Assembly (NCBI GenBank): GCA_023138875.1
Contig: JAGLOO010000003.1
Span: 1,498-65,497 of the forward strand
Origin: Bacteroidales bacterium
GTDB taxonomy: Bacteria > Bacteroidota > Bacteroidia > Bacteroidales > GCA-2748055
Direction of reading: 5' to 3'
Length of the DNA: 64,000 bases
Part shown: positions 46,499 to 57,021 of the stretch, in pieces
Layout of the letters: each line of letters starts with the position of its first letter
How positions within the stretch are numbered: the first letter of the stretch is position 1
Notes under the pieces: generated by a model
Database searches by the model: none
Seen by the model: the letters and a program-made list of their open reading frames with translations, nothing else
What the model was told of the DNA's origin: nothing
Made by a program: the position numbers and the translations under genes

Positions 46499-48838
46499 TT
46501 ATCTGTGTTTTAGTTCGAATGAATCAAAAATGCCACCATAACTTCCGTCACCATTCATTTTTACAGCTTTGTATTTAAGTTCGGTTCCATCAATCTCAAT
46601 AACAACATAGTGATACAGATAATACTCACCCTCATCCGTATCATCATTATCGGTAGTTGCCGGGTGATCAGGAAGGTCGATTTGTTCCCACTCCTTATAT
46701 TTGTGATTATCCAGGTTTGATCCCCCACCGCCGGTAATCACATAAACAGCATTGTTCCCACTTCCGGTTTCCGGATCGTATGGCGGATGGGGTAGTCCCC
46801 GTTCGTAATCATGTGTATGTCCGGCAAATACGATATCCACATTGTTGGCTTCAATAATGGGTACTATCTCTTTGCGCAGCACAGGTTCCCCATCGTAATA
46901 TCCACCCGACCAGCATTCAGAGTAAGGGGGTTGGTGCAGGAAAACAAAAATCCATTCGCTATTTTCTTTGGCTTTCCTAACATCATTTAAAAACCAGTTG
47001 TACTGCTGGCTCCCCGGAGATATACGCTCGCCATACGGGGAATCAGCCTTATTGGGATCAAGGAAAATAAAATGCGAATTACCATAGTCAAAAGAGAAAA
47101 AGTATTCGTTGCTTCCGGTTGAGTTTACCGGGTTATGGACCCTCTCTTCAAACGGTGGTACAACCTTGGTTTCATGATAACCACCATATTCATGATTTCC
47201 AATTGAAATATAGGTGGGCACATTGCCACTAATATGACGTATTGGATAGAAATGCTCATCAATCCACTCATTGAGACGTGCCCCTGTTGTTACCACATCG
47301 CCCACGTTTACTATGAAATCCGGTTTTTCCTCAACCATCAATTTCACAAGATTTTCATGCACCTTCGGATAACTCCGGCTATCCCCATAAATAATAAATT
47401 TAATGGGCGCTTCAACGGGTTTTTTCGTATGAAATGAATAGACCTGACTGGATAAGTTTTCCACCACAACCTTGTAATAATAGTTCTGATCTTTGTCCAA
47501 ACCGGAAAGTGTAATCTCATGCATCACCGAGGGGATAGATTCTTCAATGATGGTTTGATCCAGCTGGTTGTCCGTCCCATACAGGATTTTGCCGTATGAT
47601 GGATAAACTGTTTCCCACATGATGGTTATTCCATCATCCTCTACTGCCTGCAGATAGGGAGGAACCATAAATGCCGGGGACTTACTCAACTGGGTTTCAA
47701 TGACATTTAATTGATTGGAAATATTCCTGAGTTTAATCCCCATATCATGATTGCTGTCCAGCTCCTGTTGAAAGGAACCAGCTATCCGGCTTAACAGGGT
47801 TGGATCTGGTGAGGGGTGTCTTTGAAAAAAGCGATCCATGCGATCTACTCGCATCATTAACAGTTCGAAGTTGTCTTTTACCTGATACGCTTCATCGGTT
47901 ATCAGCGTGACTCCGCGCAGAGATCCGCTGCCCCAGATATTTTTAACTTTTATAGCCAGTTGTTCAGGTTCAGAGATATTCGCAGCACCTGTCAGAATTA
48001 CATTGCCCTGGTCTTCCTGAAATTCCTGAAGCAACTGGCCCTTATACCAAATTTCTCCACGATCATTTGCATTTATCAACAGGCGTAAACTTCTTCCTTC
48101 CACATGGAAACCATCAATTTCATGCGGGAGTTCCAGCATAAGCCTGTACCAGGCATGTTGCCGTTCACCGCTCCAGCTATCACGGGTTTTTACTGATTCC
48201 CAGTCATCGTCGTTAAATGATGGCTGTGCGGCTTTATCATCAGCAAGCAATTTTCGTTTCCAGGTGTCAAGTTTGATCCCGGCCGGTGGGTTTAATTTCT
48301 TAAACTCTGCGATTGCTTCTGCCAGGTTGCCATAACCTGCAGACATTCCAGCCAGATCCGCCATATAAAACCGGCAATTATACCCATTCTGCTGCGCCTT
48401 TACTGCAACAACAAATTTCCGGTGGGCCTTGGCTGATTTCATCAAAATACCGTGTCCGCTTTTTTGACGGGCAGTAAACATTTTTTTACCATCCACATAA
48501 ACTTCACCTGATGGCTCCACATTGATGTGTAGTATTACATCCAGTCCTTCAAGCTCTTCAGGAATGATTACTTCCTTTTTAAACCATTTGATTGACCCTT
48601 TTTCCCACCATTCATGATTTAGAGTTTCCTTTTCCCAAATGGATGGACTGTCAGCAAACACTTTGTCGATAGTCAGGTCACCTGAATGAACCAACCACTC
48701 TTTAAGTTCCACAACAGGGTGGGGGTAGGCCGTTTGAATGACAGGATCTGATTGTGCCTCAAGCTGGTCATTTGAAATGAAAAGTATCATTAGAACAGCT
48801 AACAACTTTGAGATTTGCAATGTATTTTTCTTGTCCAT
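46499..48838 (-). CDS. purple-acid-phosphatase-like metallophosphoesterase with N-terminal sugar-binding-like domains
   Basis: 779-aa ORF. PAP N-domain [18 protein letters not shown]. Metallophosphoesterase motifs YGDSR, VGDVV, GNHEY, LHQP and GHTHDYER. Confidence 0.75.
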   Translation of the reverse strand: MDKKNTLQISKLLAVLMILFISNDQLEAQSDPVIQTAYPHPVVELKEWLVHSGDLTIDKVFADSPSIWEKETLNHEWWEKGSIKWFKKEVIIPEELEGLDVILHINVEPSGEVYVDGKKMFTARQKSGHGILMKSAKAHRKFVVAVKAQQNGYNCRFYMADLAGMSAGYGNLAEAIAEFKKLNPPAGIKLDTWKRKLLADDKAAQPSFNDDDWESVKTRDSWSGERQHAWYRLMLELPHEIDGFHVEGRSLRLLINANDRGEIWYKGQLLQEFQEDQGNVILTGAANISEPEQLAIKVKNIWGSGSLRGVTLITDEAYQVKDNFELLMMRVDRMDRFFQRHPSPDPTLLSRIAGSFQQELDSNHDMGIKLRNISNQLNVIETQLSKSPAFMVPPYLQAVEDDGITIMWETVYPSYGKILYGTDNQLDQTIIEESIPSVMHEITLSGLDKDQNYYYKVVVENLSSQVYSFHTKKPVEAPIKFIIYGDSRSYPKVHENLVKLMVEEKPDFIVNVGDVVTTGARLNEWIDEHFYPIRHISGNVPTYISIGNHEYGGYHETKVVPPFEERVHNPVNSTGSNEYFFSFDYGNSHFIFLDPNKADSPYGERISPGSQQYNWFLNDVRKAKENSEWIFVFLHQPPYSECWSGGYYDGEPVLRKEIVPIIEANNVDIVFAGHTHDYERGLPHPPYDPETGSGNNAVYVITGGGGSNLDNHKYKEWEQIDLPDHPATTDNDDTDEGEYYLYHYVVIEIDGTELKYKAVKMNGDGSYGGIFDSFELKHR

Positions 48839-48844
48839 GATTGA

Positions 48845-50146
48845 TTATTTTGTTAAGGGGATTGCCGTATCCATCATACCCCTGACTATCACTTCTCCTA
48901 AATCTTTACCGTAAAAACTGACGCTTGCTTCATATCCGCTCTTGTGGTACTCATTTTCACTCAAGATATAACTTATCCATTGATTGGCCAGTCCCCCGAT
49001 GGCCGGATATTTAACACCCCTGGTTTTGAGTTTTTCTTTAACATTCAAACCCAATTCAGCACTCAATTCACCCGGTGCTCCAACGATCAGCAGGTTGCCC
49101 AGTCTAAACGCCCCAATGGAGGTTTGTACTGGAAAAACCTGATCCAGGAGTATTTTTATTTTCTCTTCATCCAATCCATATTCTTTACCACCGGTTTCCA
49201 TGAAGTCGGGATGAGCTTCTCTATCAGGCAATGGAATGATCTTATAATTGTAACTAAACTGGATATTCTCTACAGGGTTGATATTGTTATAAATATTCAA
49301 AACATTGATGGCCATGGTCCGGCCATATCTTTCTGCTTTTTCAAAGTGACTTCCTGCTCCTTCAGCAATCACGGATTGGTCTCCCTGAGGCCCATTGTAA
49401 AACATGGCTACCACCCCCTGACCTATCCAACCTTCCAACTCACGCTGCAGATACCCGGGCCACCCGCCCGATACCAACATGTCATTTTCATCCATAATAG
49501 TTGGATGTCCTGTCCAGTTAACCAGTACCGTCATTGGTTTTCCGTTGAGATAATCAATTCGTGTCACCGTTAAGGAATTATCGATAAAGGGCTCTCCTCT
49601 CCGGTTACGATTCAATCCATCAATCTGTTTGCTGTGGCTTCCAATCTTTACAGGCTTTAAATCCTGATCTGCCGATTTAATCAAATCAGCCAGAGATTGT
49701 ACCACAAAGTCCAGTAATTGCGGTTGAAATATCCCAATGGGTGCCAGCCCGAAAATATTCTTGTCATTCAGGGCAAACATCTCCAGAGAGGAATGAGAAT
49801 GACTGGGAAGGAGCATGATGTTCTCTTCAGTCCATCCCTCCTGATTGAGTTTTTCAATTACCTGGGGCTTGACATTCGGTGGTAATCCCAGGATATCCAA
49901 TGTAACGATTGCGAACTTTTTACCACCATCATTCAGAACCAGAGCCTTTGCCCAGATATCATCATGTATTCCTTCAGCTGGCTTGCTCATGCGTGCACCA
50001 TACCCCCCCAGTGTATAGCCCATCTCCAGTGGTGGGGTAAGCTTTATCACAGCAACATTGGCTTCTATGGCGGAAGCGTGCAGTGCAAACAGGAAAACAA
50101 AATTTGCAGTAAATACCAGGATGAATTTTCGCAGATGGTTCATCAT
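48845..50146 (-). CDS. neutral ceramidase-like (N-domain family) secreted protein, paralog of 7054-8316
   Basis: 433-aa ORF. VAVIKLTPP ... IWAKALVLNDGGKKFAIVTLDILG ... LLPSHSHSS follows the same pattern. Confidence 0.6.
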   Translation of the reverse strand: MMNHLRKFILVFTANFVFLFALHASAIEANVAVIKLTPPLEMGYTLGGYGARMSKPAEGIHDDIWAKALVLNDGGKKFAIVTLDILGLPPNVKPQVIEKLNQEGWTEENIMLLPSHSHSSLEMFALNDKNIFGLAPIGIFQPQLLDFVVQSLADLIKSADQDLKPVKIGSHSKQIDGLNRNRRGEPFIDNSLTVTRIDYLNGKPMTVLVNWTGHPTIMDENDMLVSGGWPGYLQRELEGWIGQGVVAMFYNGPQGDQSVIAEGAGSHFEKAERYGRTMAINVLNIYNNINPVENIQFSYNYKIIPLPDREAHPDFMETGGKEYGLDEEKIKILLDQVFPVQTSIGAFRLGNLLIVGAPGELSAELGLNVKEKLKTRGVKYPAIGGLANQWISYILSENEYHKSGYEASVSFYGKDLGEVIVRGMMDTAIPLTK

Positions 50147-50158
50147 TAAATCAATTAC

Positions 50159-50776
50159 TTAGTTCATAAATATGAACCTCGAATGGTTCACTACTTTTTT
50201 CATTTTATCAGCATATTCACCTACCTGACAAATATAGGGATTCAGCAAGTCACCCTGTAAACCATCCGGGTATAAAGCATAAGTGGGTCTTATACCATGC
50301 GGGATGACAGGATAGACATCACAAGCTACAATATCTGTGGACCGGTTGTATCTGGCGAGTGTTGAGATAAGGTTTACTGGGTCATGGTTTGTGATGACCA
50401 GATGATCCGGATCTTCCTGCTTTATGAGCTGGTAAGTCTCAAACAATGGCTCCGGTTTAATACGTAATTCAACACTTTGTCCAACATAGGGTTTCACTCC
50501 ATTCTCCCCCCCGGCTGATTTCAGATAATCTGTTGCAAATCCTATACACTCTTCATCGGTGTGAAAATACTCGGTGAATCCTTCAGGTAGTGGATTTGGG
50601 AATGGCCCAAGCAGCATAAAATCGTGTAAAAACGCTCCATCAATTAACTCCTCAGCATTATATACAGCGAAATTTTCCCGGAACTGCTTTGTACCAGTTT
50701 CTGCTTTGATGATTCCCGGATTATTGATAAACAGTAAGGAGAAACCAAAACCTATAAGTAACGTTTTAAACTTCAT
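50159..50776 (-). CDS. hypothetical secreted protein, short, possibly a truncated or deleted remnant
   Basis: 205-aa ORF with a signal peptide. No family recognised. Confidence 0.35.
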   Translation of the reverse strand: MKFKTLLIGFGFSLLFINNPGIIKAETGTKQFRENFAVYNAEELIDGAFLHDFMLLGPFPNPLPEGFTEYFHTDEECIGFATDYLKSAGGENGVKPYVGQSVELRIKPEPLFETYQLIKQEDPDHLVITNHDPVNLISTLARYNRSTDIVACDVYPVIPHGIRPTYALYPDGLQGDLLNPYICQVGEYADKMKKVVNHSRFIFMN

Positions 50777-51998
50777 CGTTGTTTTCTTTTACCCACTCAG
50801 CTGAAAAGGCAACGTGCTTGATTGTTTTATTCTCAGTTAAATGAAAGGAGTAGGTGACGTGAATTATTCCGTCTTTAGCTTGAATAACAGAAGGGTAGGA
50901 GAAAGAACCTTCTCCCGGGCCTCTTTTTTCCAAATGGCGTGTCCATCTCCATGTTTCTCCTTCATCATCTGAAAGACTGACTGCTAAGCTGTGCCTTCCA
51001 TTTTCAACATCATTGTATACCATTATCCAATCACCATTTACCAGCGAAATAGCTTCGACACTGGTACCCGGATTAGGGATGTGTGTATCTTCGGTAATAC
51101 TCCACTCAAATCCATTGTCTTTCGAGATGCTCTTTATCACCCTGCCCGGTTTGTCACCATTATCGCGCATATAGGCAACCAGATCTCCATTCTTTTTCAG
51201 AACCAGACTGGGCTGTACATTTCCACGCCCTACTATTGGTAAACCGGGTTGCCAGGATTTGCCACTATCATCTGATATAGCTATGAGTGAAAGGTTGTAT
51301 CCATCGGAATATAGTGGCAGGAGAATTCTTCCATCAGGGAGCTGGAGGGGGTGGGTTCTGGTCATCCATCCGGTTTCTCTCTTTTTCGGATCCCTGGCAG
51401 CATCATATATCATTCTTTCATAGAGTGGGGCGTACTCGGCCCAGGCAAGTTCCGGAGTGTTTGACTCAAGGAACCTGTTTTTGATTGTCTCAGCAAACTC
51501 TTCACCCGGTTTCAACAAAATTATATCCTGCCATTCCCAATCCGGGGCTCCGCTTTTTTCATAGTTGGAAGAAATTCTTGATTTCAGGATAGAGGTCTCC
51601 CATCGATTGGCCTGTACAACAATCCAGAAAAGATGCAGTCGATTTTCCTTATCAATAAACAGTATTGGATTGCAATCGGGATATCCCGGTGTATCGGCGA
51701 GTATAAATGTTCTACTCCACCCGGATGCTCCTTTTTTTAATCGGGACCCTTTAACCACAACATCGTTGGCTGTACGCTCACCTGATCCTTCGAACCAGCA
51801 AGCAAGTAGATCACCGCCAGGTAATTCAACAATGGAGCTGCTGTGTACATGCAGATCCTGGGATGGAAAAATGTATTCAGATTTAAATTGGAGCCTGCTG
51901 GAATTGGATGCAGCTGTTTGCGCTACAACTGTGATGCAGCTAACATAGAAAACAAAGGGAATAAATATAGTTGAGATTGATCTCTTAAAACCTGTCAT
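50766..51998 (-). CDS. BNR_2-type sialidase-like beta-propeller protein
   Basis: SEYIFPSQDLHVHSSSIVELPGGDLLACWFEGSGE plus Asp-boxes SDDSGKSW, SKDNGFEW and SDDEGETW. I saw no FRIP motif. Confidence 0.7.
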   Translation of the reverse strand: MTGFKRSISTIFIPFVFYVSCITVVAQTAASNSSRLQFKSEYIFPSQDLHVHSSSIVELPGGDLLACWFEGSGERTANDVVVKGSRLKKGASGWSRTFILADTPGYPDCNPILFIDKENRLHLFWIVVQANRWETSILKSRISSNYEKSGAPDWEWQDIILLKPGEEFAETIKNRFLESNTPELAWAEYAPLYERMIYDAARDPKKRETGWMTRTHPLQLPDGRILLPLYSDGYNLSLIAISDDSGKSWQPGLPIVGRGNVQPSLVLKKNGDLVAYMRDNGDKPGRVIKSISKDNGFEWSITEDTHIPNPGTSVEAISLVNGDWIMVYNDVENGRHSLAVSLSDDEGETWRWTRHLEKRGPGEGSFSYPSVIQAKDGIIHVTYSFHLTENKTIKHVAFSAEWVKENNDEV

Positions 51999-53277
51999 GA
52001 GCTCCTGGCATTTCAGAATGAATGTTAATTGAAACCGTAGTGATGATCACAAAAGTGATCAGAAGAGTTATTATTATTATCCCCCAGCGCTTCCATGTTT
52101 CATCGCTGGTATTTCTCCCCGGAAAATCAGTTGTCTTTCGCAGTCCGACATACCAGATGGTAAAAATGAATGCCACTATAAACAGATAGAGTGATTCTGA
52201 ATACTTGAAACTGAATGGCTTGTAGAAAGTGCCCAACCTGATGTAAGCAAAAAAGTTATAATGAATGGTTGTAATAAAAAGCATCACAGGAAGGCCAAAC
52301 TTCACCAATTTGTCATCTTGGGAAGAATAATGGTTCCAGATCATAATAGCCAGGATGGCAAAGACGGGTATCGAAATCCCGGCAACCAGGAGTTGTCTGG
52401 AAGCATATTGTACAGGATTTGCAATATTCAGTTTCTCTGCAAAATTAATTAGACTTTCCGTGGAAAAGCCATTGAAATAATTGGTTGCAGGGATGAATGC
52501 AAACAGGAATATGATAGCAATCCAATTGGCCGTTCCGGATGGCTTCACAGACTTCGGCCATTCGCGTGTAAGTACAGCATAGATCATGCCCAATCCTCCA
52601 AAAAACCCAAGTGTAAATTCCATGACATTCCACCAGTTGTATTGGATTTCTGCGGAACTCCCAACTGTTTGTATGAAATTACCAAATGCAAAACCAAAGC
52701 CTGCTCCCAATGCAGCATAGGATGCAACCCTTACTGCCCTTTTGAAATTGTTTCGATATAAATACCAGCCCAGCGCAAGGGCTGCACCCAGGCATCCGGC
52801 CCACAGCTCAGAGCGCGGTGGGGTCATAAACCACTCCATCTGGTAGATGAGAAGCCCCCATACCAGGAACCCTCCCACAAACATCTCTATGATGAGGCCT
52901 GACCATTTCGGTTTATTCTCTTCACTTGATTCAAGGCCAAGTCCAAATAAGCCACCGCCGATAAAACCATAGAGGCCACCTATGACAGCGAGCATGACAT
53001 AACCGTAAAGGGAATTTACAAAGGATATCGACTGGCAATATCCGATCACAATCCCGTAGCTCATCATGCCTCCGGCTCCCCAGCCAATTGCCCCCAGTGC
53101 TGCTAATGCAGGCGCCCTTAGTGCCCAATCTTTTCTTTTTGATACGACCAATACCGCTAATGCACCCATGGCTCCAGCCCAGGAAGCACCCCATTCATGG
53201 CCAAAATGGCCGCGCATTGCCCAGCCGAGGCCTAAAACTATTGCTGCGAAAAAGAGATTGGTTTTTTTTGTCATCAA
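51985..53277 (-). CDS. polytopic integral membrane protein of unknown family
   Basis: 430-aa ORF with about 10 or more Gly/aromatic-rich hydrophobic segments. It overlaps the next BNR gene by 14 nt. Confidence 0.6.
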   Translation of the reverse strand: MMTKKTNLFFAAIVLGLGWAMRGHFGHEWGASWAGAMGALAVLVVSKRKDWALRAPALAALGAIGWGAGGMMSYGIVIGYCQSISFVNSLYGYVMLAVIGGLYGFIGGGLFGLGLESSEENKPKWSGLIIEMFVGGFLVWGLLIYQMEWFMTPPRSELWAGCLGAALALGWYLYRNNFKRAVRVASYAALGAGFGFAFGNFIQTVGSSAEIQYNWWNVMEFTLGFFGGLGMIYAVLTREWPKSVKPSGTANWIAIIFLFAFIPATNYFNGFSTESLINFAEKLNIANPVQYASRQLLVAGISIPVFAILAIMIWNHYSSQDDKLVKFGLPVMLFITTIHYNFFAYIRLGTFYKPFSFKYSESLYLFIVAFIFTIWYVGLRKTTDFPGRNTSDETWKRWGIIIITLLITFVIITTVSINIHSEMPGAHDRF

Positions 53278-53285
53278 TAAAATCT

Positions 53286-54392
53286 TTATTCATCAGGCCA
53301 GGCACCATTTAAAATGGCTTTGGCTTCAATCCTGGATGGATCAACCACAACATATTTAATCACTTTTCTGTTCCAGGTATAAGTGATATGAATTTTACCA
53401 TCTTTGGTTTGGATTACTGCAGGATAGGAGTATTCAGCATCCTGGTCCGGATCGTTCTCCACCAAAGCTGCTGCACTCCATTTGATCCCGTCCTCAGAAA
53501 TGGCCATATTCAGTTTATTTCTTGAACCCCAGGTTTCAGAAGGGATGATGTGATTATAAACCAGGATATGCCTGCCATCTTTCAGGGTAACTGCATCGGT
53601 ACCCGAATTGGGATTCGGCAACACTGTAGCTTCCATGAGGCTCCAGGTTTTTCCGCCATCTTCCGACCAGCTTTGAGAAATTACCCCCTGTTTTGTCCTG
53701 CACAACACCTGCATCTCTCCGCCTGGATGTAAAAGCACACTTGGCTGAATGGCATCAAACTCAATTCCATCATTAATCGGGCCAACAACGTCCCACGTTT
53801 GACCCATATCTTTTGATAATTCAAAGTGAACCCTCCATTTATCTTTAGACTCACTGCTTGAAGGGCATAAAATCGTTCCGTCTTCCAATTGAACCGGTTT
53901 ATTCTTAATAGGCCCCAGCAGATGATCAAAAGGTCCCTTTCCCATTTTAGTCGGTTTTGACCAGGTCAATCCTTCGTCATCGGAGGTGATGATCATGCCC
54001 CACCATTGCCTCGGGTCGGGACCCACTTTGTAGAATAACATTAACGGCCCCTCTCTGGGTTGGAAAAGTACCGGATTCCAGGTTGGATAGCGCTTTCTGC
54101 TATTCTGTACACCATTTGCTACTTCCTGAGGACTCGTCCATTTTCCATCTATCAAACGGCTAACCCAGATACCGACATCGGGATTTTTTTCACTGGTTCC
54201 GGCAAACCATGCTGCAACTAACCCATGCTCAGTCTCTGCTATGGTAGATGCATGGCAACTGGGAAACGTAACATCCTCTGTCTGAAAGATAAATTCAGAC
54301 TTAATAATAGGATTTGCATCTCCTGAAGGTCCTTTCACGAAAGTGCAGTTTGAAAGTAGCATCATTGTTAATAGATTAAATAGAAGTTTCAT
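53286..54392 (-). CDS. BNR_2-type sialidase-like beta-propeller protein
   Basis: SEFIFQTEDVTFPSCHASTIAETEHGLVAAWFAGTSE plus Asp-boxes SDDEGLTW, SKDMGQTW and SEDGGKTW. Confidence 0.7.
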   Translation of the reverse strand: MKLLFNLLTMMLLSNCTFVKGPSGDANPIIKSEFIFQTEDVTFPSCHASTIAETEHGLVAAWFAGTSEKNPDVGIWVSRLIDGKWTSPQEVANGVQNSRKRYPTWNPVLFQPREGPLMLFYKVGPDPRQWWGMIITSDDEGLTWSKPTKMGKGPFDHLLGPIKNKPVQLEDGTILCPSSSESKDKWRVHFELSKDMGQTWDVVGPINDGIEFDAIQPSVLLHPGGEMQVLCRTKQGVISQSWSEDGGKTWSLMEATVLPNPNSGTDAVTLKDGRHILVYNHIIPSETWGSRNKLNMAISEDGIKWSAAALVENDPDQDAEYSYPAVIQTKDGKIHITYTWNRKVIKYVVVDPSRIEAKAILNGAWPDE

Positions 54393-54454
54393 GACTCAGC
54401 AATTAAGGTTTATAAACTAAAAAGCAGATCTGGATCAGTTTATAAATATGAATG

Positions 54455-55951
54455 TCAGTGGTTTGAACGTTTCGTCTCTACAATTTTGTTAGTAATTACA
54501 AAGAAAAGCGCAAGAAGCACCAATCCCAGTGTACTCATAGCACCAATGATGATGGGGTCTATTTTGCTCTCCATCCAGGCAAATTTATCAGGCAAATCCC
54601 GCAGGAATGATCCCCAGATGATAATTAGAATGCTGAAAATAACCGAAATGATTCCTTGTTTCTGTGTGATTTTAATGTTGAAAATCCCAAGCAGGAATAG
54701 TCCCAGTATTCCTCCACCAAAAATTCCGGCAATGATCCACCATATATCGAGTGCACTCTTCGCATTTATCAGCAAGAGTGCAACAGCAATTCCGGCAATC
54801 CCCCAGATCACTGTCGTAATACGCAAGAAGATAACGCTGTTGCTTTCGGAAGCGGAAGGTTTTAAATATTTCTTGTAATAGTCGACAAAAAGCACGGTCG
54901 CCGAACAGTTCAGGGCAGAATCAATGGTACTCATTGAAGCCGCAAGTATGGCTGCAATAATGAGTCCTTTTACACCAACCGGCAACTGTGTGGCAATAAA
55001 ATGCGGGAAAACCTGGTCTCCCTTGGTAATGGCTTCTCCAAGCATATGATCCGGTCCTGAATAGAAGGCAAACAGAGTGGTTCCGATGTATAAAAAGAGG
55101 GCTGTTAGTGGTAAATAAATTAGCATGGCAATCCATACGGACTTTTTCGCTTTTTTCTCATCCGGTACAGAACAATATTTTTGGGTGTAGTTCTGATCTG
55201 CAACCAGGTTCCTGATATTCTCTGAAACACCATATATAATCATAACCCATATCGTACGGCTACTCAGTGATAAGGTCGTTTCCCCGAGGCTGAACTTCTT
55301 AGCATCAAAAGCATTTTGAATAAGATAATCAGGACGGGCAAAAACATCTTTTGTCAGCAGATACCCAATGAATATGATCCCTCCTATCATGATTACTGAC
55401 TGCATGACATCAGTCCAGATGACTGCCTCCATTCCTCCCATCAGGGTGTAAACAATGGTTACAATACCAATCACAATGATGAGCATGCGGATATCCACTG
55501 CGATAAATGAACTTAACAGGAGTGATGAAAGATAAAGGATTACGGCCGTACGGCCTATCATAAACAGCACAAATGACAGGGAGGCATAAATACTTGCCCA
55601 GGCACCAATTTTCTCTTCAAGGTATCCGTAGACCGAGATAATATTTTTTTTCCGATAGTATGGGACTACATATTTTGTCACAAACCACACAACCGGAATG
55701 GCTGAAAGTGCAAATATCAGTGGATGCCAGTTGGAATCAAATGCTTTTCCCGGGACAGCAATGTAGGAAATACTACTTGTATATGCACTCATCACAGCCA
55801 ATCCCGCAGCCCAGGCAGGAATGCCCCGGCCGGCAACCATAAACTGTTCTGAGGTTTTGGTTTTTCTAAAAAAATAGACACCCATCCCCACAAGGATAAG
55901 TCCGTATACGATCAGGATTGATGTGTCAATGGCACCAAGCTGAAAACCCAT
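54455..55951 (-). CDS. sodium:solute symporter (SSF) family transporter
   Basis: 498-aa ORF with ~13 TM segments and an SSF-like organisation. It starts 1 nt after the upstream lyase gene ends. Confidence 0.85.
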   Translation of the reverse strand: MGFQLGAIDTSILIVYGLILVGMGVYFFRKTKTSEQFMVAGRGIPAWAAGLAVMSAYTSSISYIAVPGKAFDSNWHPLIFALSAIPVVWFVTKYVVPYYRKKNIISVYGYLEEKIGAWASIYASLSFVLFMIGRTAVILYLSSLLLSSFIAVDIRMLIIVIGIVTIVYTLMGGMEAVIWTDVMQSVIMIGGIIFIGYLLTKDVFARPDYLIQNAFDAKKFSLGETTLSLSSRTIWVMIIYGVSENIRNLVADQNYTQKYCSVPDEKKAKKSVWIAMLIYLPLTALFLYIGTTLFAFYSGPDHMLGEAITKGDQVFPHFIATQLPVGVKGLIIAAILAASMSTIDSALNCSATVLFVDYYKKYLKPSASESNSVIFLRITTVIWGIAGIAVALLLINAKSALDIWWIIAGIFGGGILGLFLLGIFNIKITQKQGIISVIFSILIIIWGSFLRDLPDKFAWMESKIDPIIIGAMSTLGLVLLALFFVITNKIVETKRSNH

Positions 55952-55952
55952 A

Positions 55953-56858
55953 TTAAGGCATTATAGTGATTTTTTCAATATATTTTTCAATCTGTTTCCG
56001 CTCTGCAGGTTTGAACCTGTGAAGCGGAGGGGCCATATAGTCATTACAAATGCCCATTACAGATAATCCACATTTTGTTCCCTTTAAAAATCTGGATGTA
56101 TGTTTACCGACCTGATAGATCGTATGATATAGCATCAATACTTTTTTGCGGAGTTTTGAAATTGTTTCAAGATCATTTGCTACCGACGCATTATACAGGT
56201 CTACAAACATTCTCGGGAACATGTTCGCTCCTCCTGCGACTGCTCCATGCCCGCCATACATGATTGTTTCAGGTAAGAACAGCTCCGTTCCGGTAATGAT
56301 TGAGAAATCCGGAGAATCTTTGAATTCTTCGATAAGAGAATATAGATATAACATATCTCCCGAACTGTCTTTGATACCCACGGCACCCAGTTCTTTTGCT
56401 CTTTTAACTATCTCCACAGTCAGGTGTATTTTGGTATGACTTGGCATGTTATATATCAAAAAGGGCAGTGGTAATCTGGGAGCCAATGTCTCAAAATACT
56501 CAATCATCTCTTCATGTGCAACTGGGAAATAGTAAGGAGGAGCGACAACTACGGCATCTGCACTAACACGTTGAGCATATTCAGAAATTTCCAGTGATCC
56601 TGCGAAAGAAGTATCTGTTATGCCTACCAGTACAGGAATTCTTTTATTTACCAGTTCGCATGTTTTTTTAATAAATTCTTTCTGAAGTTGGTGGCTGAGA
56701 GAAGGAGCCTCCCCATTTGTGCCTAAAATAAACAGAGCATGTACACCTCCTGACACCTGATGCTCAATTATTCTTTGTAATCCGGGAATGTCAAGCTCAT
56801 TATAATTATTCAGGGGAGTAACTAAAGGAGGAATAATTCCTTTTAGTGGTAGGTTCAT
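55953..56858 (-). CDS. DHDPS/N-acetylneuraminate-lyase family class I aldolase
   Basis: 301-aa ORF. IIPPLVTPL, GTNGEAPSLS, YNMP and GIKDSSGD (Schiff-base Lys region). Confidence 0.8.
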   Translation of the reverse strand: MNLPLKGIIPPLVTPLNNYNELDIPGLQRIIEHQVSGGVHALFILGTNGEAPSLSHQLQKEFIKKTCELVNKRIPVLVGITDTSFAGSLEISEYAQRVSADAVVVAPPYYFPVAHEEMIEYFETLAPRLPLPFLIYNMPSHTKIHLTVEIVKRAKELGAVGIKDSSGDMLYLYSLIEEFKDSPDFSIITGTELFLPETIMYGGHGAVAGGANMFPRMFVDLYNASVANDLETISKLRKKVLMLYHTIYQVGKHTSRFLKGTKCGLSVMGICNDYMAPPLHRFKPAERKQIEKYIEKITIMP

Positions 56859-57021
56859 GTGGCTGCTGTTTTAGTTTTTCAAGAAACCTGATGTGAATGT
56901 GTAACAAAGGAATATATATTGAATGCATAATACTTCTGCTTTTTTAGTAAATTAACATTATATTTTAACCAATACTAGGTTATATATTTATTTTCTTGTA
57001 ACTTGGGTTAAGATTCTTAGT

